Assembly: GCA_938030905.1 (NCBI GenBank) | Contig: CALHIW010000001.1 | Coordinates: 1-44,811 of the forward strand | Origin: Candidatus Methanomethylicia archaeon | Lineage (GTDB): Archaea > Thermoproteota > Methanomethylicia > CALHIW01 | Reading direction: 5' to 3' | Length of the DNA stretch: 44,811 bases | Shown: positions 41,354 to 44,811 of the stretch, piece by piece | How the letters are laid out: the number at the start of each line of letters is the position of its first letter | How positions within the stretch are numbered: the stretch's first letter is position 1 | Translations under genes and position numbers: made by a program | Notes under the pieces: model-generated | Told to the model about the DNA's origin: nothing | Seen by the model: the letters and a program-made list of their open reading frames with translations, nothing else | The model's database searches: none

Positions 41354-42310
41354 ATGCCAAATAGGGCCTTAATATCTTTAGTTTTAAAGGTTAGCGGGAA
41401 CGTAAATGCGGATATTGGTGTTGGAACAAGAATACCGCTTAAGAAAATAATTACATGGAACCATGAAGTCAAACCATTCGTGTCAGCTCGTTGTATCAGG
41501 AGATGTATAAGAGAGAAACTTTATGAAAAAGGCTTCCCCATAGATCCACTTCAAATGATAGGGCCTCCTGGAAGAGAGCAGCTAGGAGATATCGGAGACC
41601 CCGTAAAATATGTTGATGATGACATATTCGGTTTCTTGAAACCGCAAGAGCCACCAATACATAGAAGCAGCCCGATAAAAGTTTCACATCTAATATCACT
41701 AAGGCATGCTGAGGTTAAGGTTGAATTCGCAGCAAGGTTTCCGAGAGATTTCTTGGAGAAATATGAGCAGCATTATCCAGCACCATTTGAAATTGAGCTA
41801 GCAGACTGGTTAGGTAAACTCAATGTGATGGTCTCCGACAGGATCGGTCGTTTTAGCAATGATGAATTAACTGATGAACTTAAAAAGCAACTTGGTGAGC
41901 AAAAAACACTTGACGAAAATGAGAGGATTAAGAGGCTGAGCGGCTTCCTAGAAGTCCTACTATGGGAGGGGTGGACCTTTCCACGTGGAGCTCAAAACCC
42001 AAGTGTTCCAGAATATTACTACGCAATTATTGCTTTAACAAAGCGATTTGCACCAATATTCGGGTATGTAGATGTTACTGAAGATGGCAAATTAAATGAG
42101 AGTTTAATGGAAAACATGAGGAGAATGTACGGCTGGCTGCTTGACAAACTTTACATCCTAAATTACAAAGATGGTTGCTACTTGCAATATGCCTTTAAAC
42201 CACATGAAAGTGAAGGAACATTCATCGAGGAAAAAATTGAGGAAAACCTGGATTCAAAGAGCATAAAGGGCATTATCAAGGAAATAAGCAACTACATAGT
42301 TTTAGGGTAG
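41354..42310 (+). CDS. cas7: Type I Cas7 (DevR/Cst2/Csa2 family)
   Basis: GNVNAD, LKKI, PFVSARCIRR.IR, DP.KY.DDDIFG and R.SP.KVS.LIS; SD GGAGG before the ATG at 41354. Confidence 0.9.
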   Translation: MPNRALISLVLKVSGNVNADIGVGTRIPLKKIITWNHEVKPFVSARCIRRCIREKLYEKGFPIDPLQMIGPPGREQLGDIGDPVKYVDDDIFGFLKPQEPPIHRSSPIKVSHLISLRHAEVKVEFAARFPRDFLEKYEQHYPAPFEIELADWLGKLNVMVSDRIGRFSNDELTDELKKQLGEQKTLDENERIKRLSGFLEVLLWEGWTFPRGAQNPSVPEYYYAIIALTKRFAPIFGYVDVTEDGKLNESLMENMRRMYGWLLDKLYILNYKDGCYLQYAFKPHESEGTFIEEKIEENLDSKSIKGIIKEISNYIVLG

Positions 42311-42317
42311 GATGTAA

Positions 42318-43103
42318 TTGAAAGCCTTAACATTTATAGTGCGCTTTCTCACAGCCCAATATAAAGATCATATGCAAAAGATGACTAGAAGAACGTATTT
42401 GATTCCACCTCCCTCAGCCATAGCTGGCATGTTTGGGGCATTACTAGGTCTAAAAAGAGAGGAATTACACGAGATTAGCGGGGAGATGCTAGCAGGAGCA
42501 GAGCTGAAATTTCTGGGAGGACGAGCAATAACATCGGCAAGAATCATTAAGATTGATCATCCATTGTCCGGCCTGATAAGCTTACTTAGGAGATATTACA
42601 ATGGAGAGAGAAGTAAAGATTTAATCAAGGATATACAGGGGCTTTTCACGCTGAAGGAGAGTGAGGAACTATACATGCCAGAATATAAGTTCGCGATAGC
42701 ATCATCTAGTGAAACATTAATAGAGGAGGGTCTGAGAAGATTGAAGGAATACGACTTTGAATATGACGTATTTGGTGGGAATGACTATCACATTGTAGAG
42801 TTCATAGGCGAGCCAAAACGCGCTGAACTGGAAAAAAGCTCAGAAGGTTATGGCTACTGTCGCCGTGAAGATTTTGGCAGAATAGAAGCTGAATCATTTA
42901 ATGTGGTATGGAGTGCAAAGACGCTTAGGGGAGAATCAACCCCAATAGTTATGCCCGTAAAATTTTTAGCTAATGTTAAGGAGGAATTCATCCAAGTTTA
43001 TGGAGCGAAAATACTGCTAAAAAAGGAGCAAGATGTTGTTAATGATGGGGAGAGTAAAATATTTGTCCATAAAATAAAACCGTTCTTAGATTTATACATT
43101 TAA
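42318..43103 (+). CDS. cas5: Type I Cas5
   Basis: A.YK......RRTYLIPPPSAIAGMFGALLG N-terminal Cas5 signature; FGG loop. Confidence 0.9.
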   Translation: MKALTFIVRFLTAQYKDHMQKMTRRTYLIPPPSAIAGMFGALLGLKREELHEISGEMLAGAELKFLGGRAITSARIIKIDHPLSGLISLLRRYYNGERSKDLIKDIQGLFTLKESEELYMPEYKFAIASSSETLIEEGLRRLKEYDFEYDVFGGNDYHIVEFIGEPKRAELEKSSEGYGYCRREDFGRIEAESFNVVWSAKTLRGESTPIVMPVKFLANVKEEFIQVYGAKILLKKEQDVVNDGESKIFVHKIKPFLDLYI

Positions 43104-43114
43104 GGTGGTTTCTA

Positions 43115-44248
43115 TTGTCCAGAAACTTGTTTGAAAGCAACTTAAAAGCAATTACAGGCGATATTGATCTAAATGAAATTAAAGATGCTCTTGAAGATAT
43201 CATTACAGCTAAAGAAAAGCCTAAGAACATAGTTGAGTGGCTTCTAGAAGAAATAGATTTTCGAGGGAAATTTCGTCAACATCCCTTGGTAGGAAAAGCT
43301 GTTGATCTCGGAAATATTTCAAAAAAATATAGAAAATCTATCGTTTACAAAAAAATTCAAGAGAAGCTTGCTGGGGTAATGGATAGGCAACAAGTAGAAA
43401 TAGAGGATGTTATTGGAATAAGATGTCTTTTAAGAGAATTAAGGGATGTAGTTTTAGAGTTTATTGTGAGGCAGGTGGGCGATGTCACGCAAGGATTAAG
43501 ACATATTCATGCACCAGGGTCAGCCTCTAGGAAAGAGGCAAGAAACTTATATTTTGGAGAGAAGTTTATGGAGATCACTCTCTATGAATTAGCATCAAAG
43601 CTATGCAGCTCTATTGCCCTGGGAGACAGCATTGGAATTTATAGTGAAGACGATGACTTTATGTTAAAAATGAGGCAGCTCATTGAGAGTAGCTTCGGTC
43701 CACCCTTCAAAATTGAGAGAGACAAATTAAGAGAAATAGGGGTACAAATGTCTAATTTGAATTACCCCTTTGTGGTCTTCCTAAAATTTGTTCTGTGGCT
43801 TAAAAATCAGATTGATGTAGAGGAAAGTCAGGAGAAAAAAGGGTTATATCTTTCACTTCTAAGTAAGCTGCAATACGCAACAATAAGTATATTCTTTATG
43901 CCACCTAATAGAGAAAAGTGGTGCACAATAGCTCTCCCCCGCCTTGACTTCTTTATTAATAATTGGATTCAGAATGAGAAATCTAGAAGGAATCTTGAAG
44001 CATTAATCACCAATATTGACAATTTTATTAATGCATCCCTTAGGAAATCAAGAAAAGAGGGGGAAATGAAGAAAGCAAGAAATATAGTTGATCTATTAAT
44101 GAGTAGCTATGAGATCTTTTGCCGCAGGCTTATTGAATACGGTGTTCCTGAATTGTATGCTTTGAGAAATATAATGGACATCATGATTGATTTAGGCACG
44201 AGATACAACATTAAATTGTATTTGAAGCCCTTTACATTGGCGACTTAA
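43115..44248 (+). CDS. Putative type I large subunit (divergent Cas8)
   Basis: 377-aa ORF tightly coupled between cas5 and cas3; assigned by position only, no family motif recognised. Confidence 0.55.
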   Translation: MSRNLFESNLKAITGDIDLNEIKDALEDIITAKEKPKNIVEWLLEEIDFRGKFRQHPLVGKAVDLGNISKKYRKSIVYKKIQEKLAGVMDRQQVEIEDVIGIRCLLRELRDVVLEFIVRQVGDVTQGLRHIHAPGSASRKEARNLYFGEKFMEITLYELASKLCSSIALGDSIGIYSEDDDFMLKMRQLIESSFGPPFKIERDKLREIGVQMSNLNYPFVVFLKFVLWLKNQIDVEESQEKKGLYLSLLSKLQYATISIFFMPPNREKWCTIALPRLDFFINNWIQNEKSRRNLEALITNIDNFINASLRKSRKEGEMKKARNIVDLLMSSYEIFCRRLIEYGVPELYALRNIMDIMIDLGTRYNIKLYLKPFTLAT

Positions 44249-44250
44249 TA

Positions 44251-44811
44251 TTGAGTGCCCTAGATAAGCTACGTGAGAGAGGTTTGGATCTATTAAAGAA
44301 GACGCATTCGAACAAAGCATACCAGGATCATGTTAAAGAGTGTCGGGAAATAGTTAAGGAACTAATGCGAATCTACAATTATCCGCAAAACCTGATTGAA
44401 CTCGCCCTGTTATTCTGTGACTTACATGATGTTGGTAAATTATTGTCTACATGGCACATAACCCGGAAGAATAGGCCATTACATGCTATTGAAGGTGCTG
44501 AGTGGTTTATGAGAGAAGACATAGGATTAAATATAGATTCAAGATACTTGGAAATCCTAGCATACATGATAGCATCCCACCATTCGCTCCTTTATGTTCC
44601 AGCTAAATTCATAGATATTATTCGTAGTGCTGAGAAAATTCCCGTCAAAAAGGCTTTCACTAAATACTCCAAGTGTAGAGAGCTGTCTAATAGAATTAAT
44701 GGATTACTCAAGTACCTGGAGGGCGAAGTGAAATCCAACATAGTTGATGCAATTGGTATTGCTAAAATGGCCGATATAATCTCGGCCAAGGGAATTTCCA
44801 AAGACCATGTT
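44251..44811 (+). CDS. cas3: Cas3 HD nuclease domain (5' part; runs off the window edge)
   Basis: Open frame from TTG at 44251: DHV...LHDVGK...LHAIEG...IASHHS...KMADIISA (H-HD-H-HH-D); not in the ORF track because it has no stop in the window. Confidence 0.88.
   Translation, partial: MSALDKLRERGLDLLKKTHSNKAYQDHVKECREIVKELMRIYNYPQNLIELALLFCDLHDVGKLLSTWHITRKNRPLHAIEGAEWFMREDIGLNIDSRYLEILAYMIASHHSLLYVPAKFIDIIRSAEKIPVKKAFTKYSKCRELSNRINGLLKYLEGEVKSNIVDAIGIAKMADIISAKGISKDHV

Noticed and set aside
1..44811. tRNA, rRNA or C/D-box RNA genes
   Set aside because: No GC-rich structured island, cloverleaf or complete C/D box set noticed by eye; tRNAscan-SE or Infernal would be decisive.

Overview
A low-GC archaeal chromosome segment, probably from an anaerobic, thermophilic Thermoproteota/TACK-type organism. 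This placement is inferred from the archaeal cdh operon, BRE/TATA promoters, TTG starts and the crenarchaeal-type CRISPR repeat. From left to right it contains: a class V aminotransferase, an M20 deacylase, a hypothetical protein, a Trm9-like methyltransferase, a DUF4349 protein, an MFS transporter, a TauE/SafE exporter and a decayed IS6 element with intact 8-bp target duplications. Next is a complete ACDS/CODH operon (cdhA-B-C-[unannotated 44-aa ORF]-D-E), then a thyX pseudogene, a DUF996 protein, a PK_C-like pseudogene and two stand-alone Lrp/AsnC ligand-binding domains. These are followed by a URO-D-family methyltransferase plus corrinoid protein, a radical SAM protein, a DUF401 protein, a second MFS, an orphan SdhA/TfrA-like flavoprotein with an altered active site and a partial Liv ABC transporter. 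The right end has a virus-like relic (C2H2 zinc finger plus an HTH gene cut by the CRISPR array), a 20-repeat CRISPR array, cas4-cas2-cas1 and a divergent, atypically ordered type I effector operon (small subunit-cas7-cas5-putative cas8-cas3 HD, cut by the window edge). Intergenic regions are long and full of decayed genes, and the DNA alternates between G/T-rich and A/C-rich domains. Best leads: the 44-aa ACDS peptide, the CRISPR-truncated viral module, the variant Cascade and the skew domains. All assignments come from motif recognition by eye; no searches were run.
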